Part shown: positions 28,101-37,395 of the stretch, in pieces
How positions within the stretch are numbered: position 1 is the first letter of the stretch
How the letters are laid out: every line of letters starts with the position of its first letter
Assembly: GCA_030429545.1 (NCBI GenBank)
Contig: JAUIFF010000001.1
Span: 467,599 to 531,598 of the forward strand
Source: Polyangia bacterium
GTDB lineage: Bacteria; Myxococcota_A; Polyangia; Nannocystales; Nannocystaceae
Reading direction: 5' to 3'
Length of the DNA: 64,000 bases
Program-made: the position numbers and the translations under genes
The notes under the pieces: model-generated
Databases searched by the model: none
What the model saw: the letters and a program-made list of their open reading frames with translations, nothing else
Told to the model about the DNA's origin: nothing

Positions 28101-29675
28101 TTAGTTGAGGCCGAGTGAACGCGGTTGCCAACGCAGCGCCAAGCTTACGCTGTGGACCAGTCCGGTGTAGCGCCCCGCGTTGGTTGGGCGACCACGGCCT
28201 TCGAGGATCGCCTGGGCATCTGCGGAGTTGATATCGCTGTGGGCCGCGGCAAATCGCTCCGCCGCCCCGGGATCGAAGGCAGCCTGGGTCGCCGAGACCG
28301 AGGTCGGGAAGTAGAAGTCGGCGCCGTAACCGGGAACGAGCAAAAAATTACTTTGCCGAACCCGCCAGGCAGTGCCCAGCGAAAGCCCGGTGCGCCAACC
28401 ATCGGCGTGACTGGCCGACATCGCCGCCCGCTGCACCGAGGGCGAGGCAGCGTGTCCCGCAAAACTGATCGAGAGGTTCGATGCGACCTGGTAGGTCGTG
28501 TAGACGTCGAGCCCAAACATGTCCTGCAGCCCGCGGTAGCGCACACTGTCCGAGAGCAGCACGCGACTTTGCTCGAGTCCGACGAGGTTGAGTTGCTGCC
28601 CCCCGGGATCGCCGCAGTTTGCGATCCCGGGATCGCCGTTGACGTCGTGGCAGTTGTCGACCCACAACAGGGTGCTGTCGATCCGCCATTGTTTACCGCG
28701 GCCGAGGACGACCCCAAATCCGAGCGCGAGCTCCTGCGGGATCCGCTCGCGCAGTGTTGCGTCGAGGGGCTGCGCCACCGAGCACGACGGGGCATCTCCG
28801 GGTTGGGGTTCGGTGTCGTTGGGGCGGCAGATCACAACCTGGCCGCTGAGCTGCATGTTGCCGCCGCGCAGCAGCGGACGCGTGCGATAGCGGACGCCAA
28901 ACGTCACCCGCGAGGTAATTTCGTAGGCGAGGCCGAGCGTGAGGGCGAGGTCGAAGCCAGCGAGTCGAGTACCCGATGCGGGGAGCCACCGGTTGACCCC
29001 CGAAAACGCGATCCGCTCACTACAGGCCGGATCTTCGAGGTTGGTGCAGTCGCCCTTGCGTTCGCTGTCGCTGAGCACCGAGCTGTTGTCAAACGAGAAC
29101 CGCGAGCGCAGGCGTGGGAAGTGGACGCCCAAACCGATGTTGAGGTTCGACAGCACACTCCACGCGAACGCCAGCGAAAAGTCGGTGCGGTAGGTCGCCG
29201 CCCCTCCGAGGGCGCAGGCTCGTTCACTGCGTCCGACACACTGCCCGGGCAGGTTTTCGATCCCCGGCGCGAGGTGGTAGCGCAGACCGTCACTGCTTGT
29301 CAGCTGCAGCGAATTGTTGAGGGTATAGACCGCGGCACCGAGCGCGAATGGCTCGAGGTAGACCGTCGCCCCGGCGAAGTAATCGAACATTGGGTTGAGC
29401 AGCGAGACCCGGTCGCCGCTGTCCTCGGTCGGAAAACCGCTGGCATCGAGACCAGTGCGGCGCACCCATCGCTGGTCGAGCCCTGAACGCACCGACGTGT
29501 GAAATTGCGCGCCAACAAGGGAGCCCAGCATCGCCGGGTTGTGGTGGATCGCAGTCACCGAACGAGCCGTTACTCCCTGGGCATCGACACCCCCCAACCG
29601 ATGTGCCTCACCCGGTGCAGCCGCGGCGAGGGCCGGGATGAGCCCGAGGACAAGCGCAACCGGGGGCACCGACAT
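28101..29675 (-). CDS. putative outer-membrane beta-barrel protein (FadL/OmpP1-like)
   Basis: The start is taken at MSVPPVALVLGLIPALAAAAP, a signal peptide, within ORF 28101..29882. There is an NPA(M/G)L hatch-like motif (IHHNPAMLGSL) and alternating amphipathic strands. The C-terminus does not end in an aromatic residue, which lowers confidence. Confidence 0.4.
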   Translation of the reverse strand: MSVPPVALVLGLIPALAAAAPGEAHRLGGVDAQGVTARSVTAIHHNPAMLGSLVGAQFHTSVRSGLDQRWVRRTGLDASGFPTEDSGDRVSLLNPMFDYFAGATVYLEPFALGAAVYTLNNSLQLTSSDGLRYHLAPGIENLPGQCVGRSERACALGGAATYRTDFSLAFAWSVLSNLNIGLGVHFPRLRSRFSFDNSSVLSDSERKGDCTNLEDPACSERIAFSGVNRWLPASGTRLAGFDLALTLGLAYEITSRVTFGVRYRTRPLLRGGNMQLSGQVVICRPNDTEPQPGDAPSCSVAQPLDATLRERIPQELALGFGVVLGRGKQWRIDSTLLWVDNCHDVNGDPGIANCGDPGGQQLNLVGLEQSRVLLSDSVRYRGLQDMFGLDVYTTYQVASNLSISFAGHAASPSVQRAAMSASHADGWRTGLSLGTAWRVRQSNFLLVPGYGADFYFPTSVSATQAAFDPGAAERFAAAHSDINSADAQAILEGRGRPTNAGRYTGLVHSVSLALRWQPRSLGLN

Positions 29676-30042
29676 CCGCACCAGTGCCGTGCAAACGCGG
29701 ATGTGGGAGACCCGACGGGCGGAGCTGATGGGGAGATCGGACACGTGGATTGTGCAGTCCGGTCCTGCCATGAGGACCCGCCGGAGGATACCCACTCCCT
29801 GCAGCCTCTCACAGATATTTTGCGGTACAGCCCACGATTTCTCGGCTCCGCCGCGGGATTGCCAAGTCAGGGCCCCGCGCACGCGAGAAAAGCCACTGAG
29901 TCGGGCATCGGGGGCGGAGGACCTGTGCCGATGTCTACGGTTGACCCACCGCCCGCAGTAACACTAGGATTCGTGGGCATCGCAGCGTGTGCGCGATCCA
30001 AAGCAGGATCGGCCATCGGAGCGAGTCCTTGCGGGGGAGTGC

Positions 30043-30702
30043 ATGAGCAAGACACGGCGCGAGTTTTTGTGCAGAGACGATTTGTGGGCACGGGTCCAGG
30101 CGCTGGCAAAACGCCGTGGGATCAGCACGGACGACGTCGTCCAGGCGGCGTTGCTCCAACTCTTTAAGGGTGGCTCCAAAAAGAAAAAAGCCGACAGCAA
30201 GCCCGACAGCAAGCCGGTTCCTCGGCCGACTCCTCCGCGTCCGCGATCGGGTCCGAGCCCGACCACCAAACCGCCGGGTCCTCCATCCCTCAAGTCGACG
30301 CGCACGCGTTTGCCCCATCCGTCGGGTGGCAGCAGCAAGCCCTCGCTGCCCCGTCCCAAGACAGGTTCGGCACGGTTACCTCCGCCGTCCTCGCGCAAGG
30401 TTCCCAAGCAGCCGCGCAAGCTCTACCTCTGTTATCAGGACAATTGGTACGTGGTCGAGCAGGACGAGTTTGTGATTGGGCGCGGCGCAAAGTACTCGGA
30501 CCTACCGATCAAAGACGCCAACATTTCCCGGCGTCACTGCTCGATTGTTCGCCGGGGCGACGACTACTTCATCAAGGACCTAGGGTCGACCAACGGGGTC
30601 GAGTACGAGGGTGAGCGCGTCGACGATCACAAAGTCACCGAGGGCGCCCACTACTACCTGTGCGACCACGAGTTGAAGTTCTCGTTTAGCGAGCCCAAGT
30701 AA
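30043..30702 (+). CDS. FHA-domain protein with an RHH-like N-terminus and a Pro/Lys-rich linker
   Basis: The C-terminal FHA is FVIGRGAKYSDLPIKDANISRRHCSIV...LGSTNGV. The N-terminus DDLWARVQALAKRRGISTDDVVQAALLQLF is CopG/RHH-like. The linker is PRPTPPRPRSGPSPTTKPPGPP. Confidence 0.65.
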   Translation: MSKTRREFLCRDDLWARVQALAKRRGISTDDVVQAALLQLFKGGSKKKKADSKPDSKPVPRPTPPRPRSGPSPTTKPPGPPSLKSTRTRLPHPSGGSSKPSLPRPKTGSARLPPPSSRKVPKQPRKLYLCYQDNWYVVEQDEFVIGRGAKYSDLPIKDANISRRHCSIVRRGDDYFIKDLGSTNGVEYEGERVDDHKVTEGAHYYLCDHELKFSFSEPK

Positions 30703-30752
30703 CGAGCCCCGGATTGCGTGCAGATACACGCAATCGGACAAGATAAGACGCC

Positions 30753-32864
30753 GTGGATTGGTCGACACCTGTTACGCAGCTTGCGGGTGTCGGCCAAAAA
30801 ACGTCGGACAAGCTCGCCGCTGCCGGCTACCGAACCATTGGTGAGCTCGCCTTGCATGTGCCCAGCCACTACGAGGATCGGCGTGGCAGCTGTTCGCTCG
30901 AGCAGGCCGAGGTCGGTCAGGACGTGCTTGTGGAGGGCGTTGTTCGGCGTTTTCGTCAGCGTTACTTTCGCGGGCGCTACCGGGCCCAGGTCGAGCTTGC
31001 GGTCGCAGCTCAGGACGGTAGCGCCATACCCCTCGTCGCCCAGTGGTTTCACCGCGTTGGTGGCTTGGCCGAGCGTGCCGGTGAAGGCATGCGCATACAA
31101 CTTTATGGCACCCTCAAGCGCGGTGGCAAGCAAGGTCGCGGCCGTCGTGAACTCGTCCACCCGAGGATTTCCCAGCCCGGGGCGGAGGCGCCCGCCATTG
31201 TCACCCGTTACCCGGCGATAGCTGGGCTCGGTGATAGTTCGGTTGCCAAGTACTGTCGCGCCGCAGCCGAGCACATGGTCGCGGCATGGAAGCAACACGG
31301 TGAGTGGCTCGTGCCCCAGGTCGTTGCCCGTCATCGCTTACCGAGCCCGGCAAAGGCGCTCACGCAACTCCACTTTCCAAGCCCAGAGCTCAGCGCCCAG
31401 GATCTCGAGCAGCTTCGCCAACGGACCAGCCCGGCCCACCGCAGGCTGACATTTGAAAACCTGTTGGCCATGCAACTAAAGATCGCCGCCCGCCGTCGGC
31501 AGTACCTCGCCCGGCCCCAGGGGCTTTACGTGGCGGCGCAGGCCAGCAGTCGCGAGCAGGTTCGGGCGGTGTTGCCATTTGAGCCGACCGCCGGGCAATG
31601 GGCGGCCATCGACGACATCGAGGCCGACTTGCAGGCTCCGCGTCCGATGCTGCGCCTGCTCCAAGGGGATGTCGGCTGTGGAAAAACCGCGGTCGCGTTT
31701 GCGGCGTGTATGACCGTGGTCCAGGCGCGCGGGCAGGTTGCGTGGATGGTGCCCACCGAGCTGCTCGCCAATCAACATGCCGAGACGGTCGCCGATTGGT
31801 GCCGCCGGGCTGGGATTCGCTGTGCCGTGTTGACCGCTCGCATGCCGGCGGCCAAGCGCCGTACGGTTCGCCAAAAAATTGCAGATGCACAGATAGACCT
31901 GGTGATCGGCACCCATGCGCTGCTCGGCGAGGGCATACGATTTGCCCGCCTAGGGCTCTCGATCATCGACGAGCAGCACCGGTTTGGGGTCGCCCAACGG
32001 GCCTTGCTGCGCGACAAAGGCACGGCCGTCCATCTGCTGGTGATGACCGCCACGCCGATCCCCCGGACCCTCGCCCTTACGACCTACGGCGAGCTCGACG
32101 TTTCGGTCATCCGCGAGCTCCCCCCCGGCCGCCAACGGCCCAATACCGAGCTAATTGCAGGTACAAAGGCCCTGGTCAAAGCCCGCCAAGCGTTGGCCGC
32201 ACGCATTGAGCAGGGAGCCCAGGCATTTGTCGTATGCCCGCGTATCGAAAAGTCTGGTGCACTCGACATCAGCCATGTCGAGGGAGCTGCCGAGTGGTTT
32301 AGTGAGCATTTGCCCCGGCACCGGGTTGCGGTTGTCCACAGCAAGTGCCCCGCCCACGAGATCGCCCGATGTGTGCAGGCATTCGCCGCCGGAAAACTTG
32401 CCCTGATCGTCGCCACCACCGTCATCGAGGTCGGCATTGATCTTCCCAGTGCCGGGGCGATGTTGATCGAACACGCCGATCGATTTGGCCTGGCCCAGCT
32501 CCACCAGCTACGTGGCAGGGTAGGGCGTGGCACCCAGGCTTCGGTGTGTTACCTGCACACGCAAAAAACCCGAAAAGACGAGGCCCATACCCGGCTGCAG
32601 GTGCTTGTGGAAGCCCGAGATGGCTTTGCGGTTGCCGAGCAGGACCTCGCCCTGCGCGGACCGGGTGAAATTTTTGGTACTCGCCAGGCCGGCACACCCG
32701 GCCTATTTGCGGCCTGTCTCATTGGCGCAGGGATCGAGTTATTGCTCGAAGCCCGCAAACTCGCCCGTAGCTGGATGGCTGAGCCGACATTGCCGTGTTC
32801 CCCGGGGGTTCACGCCTACCTGCGAAGGCTCGCGGCCCCCGAGCACGCCGGCGAGGTCGGGTAA
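30753..32864 (+). CDS. recG: ATP-dependent DNA helicase RecG
   Basis: It has a wedge domain, Walker A GDVGCGKT, DEQHRFGV, and helicase C motifs (QLHQLRGRVGRG). Confidence 0.85.
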   Translation: MDWSTPVTQLAGVGQKTSDKLAAAGYRTIGELALHVPSHYEDRRGSCSLEQAEVGQDVLVEGVVRRFRQRYFRGRYRAQVELAVAAQDGSAIPLVAQWFHRVGGLAERAGEGMRIQLYGTLKRGGKQGRGRRELVHPRISQPGAEAPAIVTRYPAIAGLGDSSVAKYCRAAAEHMVAAWKQHGEWLVPQVVARHRLPSPAKALTQLHFPSPELSAQDLEQLRQRTSPAHRRLTFENLLAMQLKIAARRRQYLARPQGLYVAAQASSREQVRAVLPFEPTAGQWAAIDDIEADLQAPRPMLRLLQGDVGCGKTAVAFAACMTVVQARGQVAWMVPTELLANQHAETVADWCRRAGIRCAVLTARMPAAKRRTVRQKIADAQIDLVIGTHALLGEGIRFARLGLSIIDEQHRFGVAQRALLRDKGTAVHLLVMTATPIPRTLALTTYGELDVSVIRELPPGRQRPNTELIAGTKALVKARQALAARIEQGAQAFVVCPRIEKSGALDISHVEGAAEWFSEHLPRHRVAVVHSKCPAHEIARCVQAFAAGKLALIVATTVIEVGIDLPSAGAMLIEHADRFGLAQLHQLRGRVGRGTQASVCYLHTQKTRKDEAHTRLQVLVEARDGFAVAEQDLALRGPGEIFGTRQAGTPGLFAACLIGAGIELLLEARKLARSWMAEPTLPCSPGVHAYLRRLAAPEHAGEVG

Positions 32865-32938
32865 TCAAGTTGTGCATACACTTATATTGACGTGATCCGG
32901 CCTGCCTTTACGCGCCGCTACCGGTTACAATCTCCGCG

Positions 32939-33388
32939 ATGGACGATGCACTCACCCAGCGAGTGACCCGCGAGATCAAGGGCCTCCACGAATTTTTTGT
33001 CGACTGGTTCACCGGCCGTACCCCCAACACTGCCAGCGAGTTTGCGGAGCGGTTCGAGGCCCGGTTTTGCCCGGATTTTTTGATTATACAACCAGCGGGA
33101 GAGGTTGGGACATTGGCAGGTTTAACCGGCGCGATTCGGCAAAACTATGGCTGCAGCCCAGGGTTTGCCATCGCCATTCGCCGGGTCAACGTGCGTTGGC
33201 GCCATGGGGACGTGGTACTCGCAACCTACGAAGAGTGGCAGCGCAACGCGCGAAAATCGAATCCTCCCGACAACGGGCGGACGGCCACGGTGGTGTTTGT
33301 CGACCGCGGCGACTGCCTCCAGTGGTTGCATGTGCATGAGACATGGTTGCCACCCCAGGTAATGGCCGCCGGACCCTTCGACTTTTAG
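32939..33388 (+). CDS. hypothetical protein (possible NTF2-like fold)
   Basis: A 149-aa soluble ORF with good start context, tightly coupled to the downstream DoxX gene (3-nt gap). The family assignment is weak. Confidence 0.4.
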   Translation: MDDALTQRVTREIKGLHEFFVDWFTGRTPNTASEFAERFEARFCPDFLIIQPAGEVGTLAGLTGAIRQNYGCSPGFAIAIRRVNVRWRHGDVVLATYEEWQRNARKSNPPDNGRTATVVFVDRGDCLQWLHVHETWLPPQVMAAGPFDF

Positions 33389-33390
33389 CC

Positions 33391-33834
33391 ATGCAACAGG
33401 CCTCCCGTTTACGTCGAACGTTTCGCTGGGTACTCGCGATCGCCTTGATCGCCCAGGGCATCAACCACTTCATCATGGACGAGGGGATGATCAAAATGAT
33501 CCCCGACTACCTCCCAAAGCCCGCGCTGATGGTCTACCTCAGCGGCGTAGCCGAGGTTGTCCTCGGGGCCCTGATCTTTGTGCCGCGCCTACGTGTCCTG
33601 GCTGGCTGGGGGATCATCGCCCTGTTGTTTGCGGTGTTTCCCGCAAATCTCGAGATGGCGAGACACGCCGAAGCCTGGCCCGTACCCGAGTGGGCACTGT
33701 GGGCCAGGCTACCGTTTCAACTGGTGTTTATGTATTGGGCCTACGCGACCTGTATCGCCGCGGTCAACCGTCCGACTCAGCCGGAGACATTGAGGGTTGC
33801 TGAAGCATCAAACCCGCACACCGTACCCGAGTAG
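33391..33834 (+). CDS. DoxX-family membrane protein
   Basis: It has four TM helices and the FPANLEM motif typical of DoxX_2-like proteins. Confidence 0.6.
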   Translation: MQQASRLRRTFRWVLAIALIAQGINHFIMDEGMIKMIPDYLPKPALMVYLSGVAEVVLGALIFVPRLRVLAGWGIIALLFAVFPANLEMARHAEAWPVPEWALWARLPFQLVFMYWAYATCIAAVNRPTQPETLRVAEASNPHTVPE

Positions 33835-34334
33835 GTCGCGCTGACCGAGGTTGGGCCGGTTTCGACGCTGGCCGTCATGTCGATGACACAGCTGCCATTG
33901 ACGTCGCCGCTCCAGGTCACCTCGCCCGAATAGGCATAGTTGACCGAGGCCGAGCCATCGCCACTTGTTGAGGTCATCAGCTGGTAGTCGAGTGCACCGT
34001 CGATGGTCACGCCCTGGGTGGTACAGCCACTAAAGGTCGTTGTGTAGTCAAAGTTTGTCGAGTTGCCCGCGGTCGGGTTTTCGAGGTCGACCGTGGTTTC
34101 TAGGGTGCCTTTGAAGTGGGCGGAGCCGCCGTTTAGGCAATCGGCACTGGCATCGATATTTACCGTGGTGTCGGCGGCACGTGTCTGCACACTGTTGCTG
34201 CCATTTTCTAGCGCCGACTGGGTCGCAACCCAGCCCTTGGCCGCATCGTCTTCACTATTGACGGCCTCGGCCGAGTCACAGGCGGCCAGCAAGAGCATGC
34301 CGGCACACAGGCAAAACATGGGGGATGTTCGCAT
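33777..34334 (-). CDS. secreted Thr/Ser/Gly-rich lipoprotein
   Basis: It starts MRTSPMFCLCAGMLLLAACDS with a lipobox; 185 aa with several Cys. This is the C-terminal part of track ORF 33777..34886, whose upstream part looks non-coding. It overlaps the DoxX 3' end by 58 bp (convergent). Confidence 0.5.
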   Translation of the reverse strand: MRTSPMFCLCAGMLLLAACDSAEAVNSEDDAAKGWVATQSALENGSNSVQTRAADTTVNIDASADCLNGGSAHFKGTLETTVDLENPTAGNSTNFDYTTTFSGCTTQGVTIDGALDYQLMTSTSGDGSASVNYAYSGEVTWSGDVNGSCVIDMTASVETGPTSVSATYSGTVCGFDASATLNVSG

Positions 34335-34572
34335 GATGAACCTCTTTTGTTGTCTCGAAGGACAGGTAGTTTCAGCGCGACTGTAACATCTGTAGAAGGT
34401 CTGCGGGCGCGGGTGTGCTCGCGCAAGAAAATAGATATGGAGGTGTAAGGAGTGTGCGCCAGCCCGCGTTCGGCCCCTGAACCGAAAACCGGTGGCATTC
34501 GTTGGTCTGCCCAGCCGCCAATAACCCCACATTTTCACCAATCCTCCTGGTTCGCCTAAGTTTGCTCCGCGC

Positions 34573-37392
34573 ATGTACCTCGCTCCGCTCCTGTTGTTGC
34601 TAGGCATCACGCCACCCGACGCCGTTGAGCTTTCGGGCGAGCGTTGGCGCGAAATGGTGGCTGCAACCCAGACCGACGACGGGGTCCATGTGGCCTGGCC
34701 GGCTGCCCGCGATGTAGTGGTAACCCGGGTCGAAGCCGACGGCGGCCTGCTTGTCCGCGCCACGTGGAAATTGCGGGCACTCGGCAAGCGTCCATACGCC
34801 GACCGCCTGCTGGGGCCAGGAGGCCGGGTGTTGTCCGCGACCTTCAACGGCAAGCCGGCGACCTTGGCCAACACAGGCTCGGGCATCTACATTTTTGGCG
34901 AGGTCGATCGAGAGGCCACGGTTGCGCTCGAGGCCTTCGTTGAAGCCGATCCCCTGCGTGAGGCGGTGACCCTCGAGCTACTTCCAGCAGTGCGCGGACA
35001 GGTCCGTGTCGAGGCCGAGGGCTACCGGCCAAAACTCCTTGCTGGTGCATCCAATCGCCCAGCCATTCGGGTTGCCCGCGGGTTTTTGGCCGGTGACGAA
35101 CGCCTATCGCTTGAACTCGAGGCGAACACCAGCCACCAGCCGGCCGACACCCAGGCACTTGCGGTCGCCCGGGTGGGGATGGGATTGACGGTTGGCGACG
35201 CAGCGATCCGCGGACGCGCGCGGGTTTTGTGGGAGGTGCGTCGGGGCGAGCTTTCCCAGATTTCGTTGAACCTGCAAGGACTAGGAGACGACCTCGAGGT
35301 TCGCGGGACTGCGATTCGTGAGACACGGCGCGCGGGGGACCAACTCACAATCGTCCTCCAAGCGCCGAGCCGCGATCGGATTGAAGTTGAGCTGCAGTGG
35401 TCGACGCCGGTTGGCAGTGGTACCGAGACCCGGGCCGAGCTCCCCAAAATTGAACCGACGCAGAGCTACCGCACCCAAACGGCCGTCCAGCTCGCGCGCA
35501 GTGGCGAGGTCGAAGCCCTCCCGCAGCTTCCCGGTTGGCAGCCACAACCAGCCGCCCAATTGCCAGACTGGGCCCAGGGACTTGTCGAGGGTACGCCAAC
35601 GAGTGCCTATACAACATCTGCGCGGAGCGAGGGCCACCTCGACCTCCTCCGGTTTGTGCCCGTCGCCGGACCGCCAGTGGTTGTCGATGTCGCCGATTAC
35701 ACGATTGCCACCTCCCACGAAGGTCGCACGCTGACGACCGCACGCTACGAAATTCGCAACGAGCAGGCGGCGTTTTTAACGGTCACACCGCCGCCGGGAA
35801 GTCGGATTATTGGCGCCCGTGTTGCCGGCGAAACGGCCCTGCCGTCGCGCGGGCCAAACGGTGCCTGGCGGATCCCGCTGCAGCGCTCGGTCGAAACCGT
35901 CGAAGGCCTGTTGAGCTTTGCCGTTGAGGTTTCGCTGCTGGGGGAGACCACCTCCTGGCGCCGACGGGAGAAACGTGAACTCCCACTACCGGTTGTAGAT
36001 GCACCCATCGCCGTCGGTCGGGTCACGCTCTACCTCCCGCCCGGCTATCGCAGCAAACTCGGGCGCGGGGACGCGGGGACAGTTGTCGACTTCGACCGCG
36101 GTGAGGGCATCACCTATGGCTTTGCGGTGGGCGACACCAATGCCGTGCGGGCCGATGCCGTTTACCAACGTGCAGTCCGCAACTGGCTCGAAAACGACTT
36201 TGATGCCGCCCAAAACGACCTCGACGAACTTCGCAACTTAGGGGCGAGCAACGACAACATCGAGCGCTTGCAGTCCAACCTCGATGTGGTCGACGGGCGC
36301 TCGAGCGGCAAGGACAAAACCCTCGAGCGCAGGGTGAAAGAACAGGCGCGGGCACGGGCCCTAGCTGACCAGACCAAGCAGGAGCAGAAGCGACGCAAGG
36401 CCGAGGAGTACTACCGAGCCGGCGACTACGAACAGGCAGGGCGCGAGTACAAGGCCGCCCTAGAACTCGGCAAAAACCTCGAGCGCCTCGAAAACAGCGA
36501 GTCGGTCGAGCAACAGGTCGCCAATGAGTCGCTGCGGCAGCAGCTCGTGGTGACCGAAAAACAGGCCAAACGCACCAAACGGCGACGGCGGTGGGGCAAG
36601 TCGAAGGCCAAGGGCAAGAAGGTGCTAGCGAGCAAGGATGCGGGCCCGAGCTTCAGTGAGCGGACGATGGGCAAGACCCAAGCGGTTGACAAAGTCACCA
36701 CAACAGCGACTTCTACAGCGACGGTAACGGCTACCAAGCCAGACGCGGCAGCAACGAGTTTTGCCGGTGATGAGGCCGGTGGCGAACTCGTGGATGAGCC
36801 GGTCTCCGGAGTCGATGTGGATACAACCATTGCTGTGCGGGACCCGTCGCCCAAACCTCCCGACACTTCGAGTCCGCGCCAATCTGTCGTGAACGGGGCT
36901 GGTCTTGTGCAGGACGAAACCGTCGCCGACGAGCTTACCAAGGTATACGCTGGTACTGCCGGAGGGCAGGCTGGGGCGGGCACGGCCAATCCGGAACCCG
37001 TGAATGCACCCCAGGACGACGCTGAGGCCGAACCTATGGCACCGCCAGAGATGGCACCACCCGCGCCACCTCGGCTCTTGAGCCGCGATGCTCCCGCGAG
37101 TTCGTCGCGGTTTCGCAGGCGAGACCTGCGGAAGTCTCGCAGACGTGGGCGGGGAAGATTTGACCGCAAAAAGCGAGCCAAAAACTCTGACCTCGCCCGC
37201 GGGCCAGCAAAAGCACCCGCCGACCCCAACCAGGCACTCGCCAAACCCCAGGTCACCGCATCGGCGATGTCGGTGGTCATCCCGAGCTCGGGGCAACGCG
37301 TGCGCTACCAAAAAGTGCTGATACAACCTTCTGAGTCGACCACCGTCACCATCGACGCCCGGCTCCCCCTCTTTCGTCGATTTCGGAGATAA
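34573..37392 (+). CDS. large secreted protein of unknown function with a coiled-coil/TPR-like segment and an Ala/Pro-rich tail; paralogue of 37396..39273
   Basis: A signal-like N-terminus. The central region aligns with the next gene (TLTTARYEIRNEQAAFLTVTPPPGSRIIGARVAGE... versus RLTSVKYQIRNNRRQFLRLSLPKGAELWSASVGGR...). A 3-nt gap separates it from the next gene. Confidence 0.6.
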   Translation: MYLAPLLLLLGITPPDAVELSGERWREMVAATQTDDGVHVAWPAARDVVVTRVEADGGLLVRATWKLRALGKRPYADRLLGPGGRVLSATFNGKPATLANTGSGIYIFGEVDREATVALEAFVEADPLREAVTLELLPAVRGQVRVEAEGYRPKLLAGASNRPAIRVARGFLAGDERLSLELEANTSHQPADTQALAVARVGMGLTVGDAAIRGRARVLWEVRRGELSQISLNLQGLGDDLEVRGTAIRETRRAGDQLTIVLQAPSRDRIEVELQWSTPVGSGTETRAELPKIEPTQSYRTQTAVQLARSGEVEALPQLPGWQPQPAAQLPDWAQGLVEGTPTSAYTTSARSEGHLDLLRFVPVAGPPVVVDVADYTIATSHEGRTLTTARYEIRNEQAAFLTVTPPPGSRIIGARVAGETALPSRGPNGAWRIPLQRSVETVEGLLSFAVEVSLLGETTSWRRREKRELPLPVVDAPIAVGRVTLYLPPGYRSKLGRGDAGTVVDFDRGEGITYGFAVGDTNAVRADAVYQRAVRNWLENDFDAAQNDLDELRNLGASNDNIERLQSNLDVVDGRSSGKDKTLERRVKEQARARALADQTKQEQKRRKAEEYYRAGDYEQAGREYKAALELGKNLERLENSESVEQQVANESLRQQLVVTEKQAKRTKRRRRWGKSKAKGKKVLASKDAGPSFSERTMGKTQAVDKVTTTATSTATVTATKPDAAATSFAGDEAGGELVDEPVSGVDVDTTIAVRDPSPKPPDTSSPRQSVVNGAGLVQDETVADELTKVYAGTAGGQAGAGTANPEPVNAPQDDAEAEPMAPPEMAPPAPPRLLSRDAPASSSRFRRRDLRKSRRRGRGRFDRKKRAKNSDLARGPAKAPADPNQALAKPQVTASAMSVVIPSSGQRVRYQKVLIQPSESTTVTIDARLPLFRRFRR

Positions 37393-37395
37393 CCC

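Noticed and set aside
32865-32938. TTGACG ... TACAAT promoter-like hexamers after recG
   Set aside because: The spacer between the hexamers is ~33 bp, far from 16-19 bp, so this is not a credible sigma-70 promoter.
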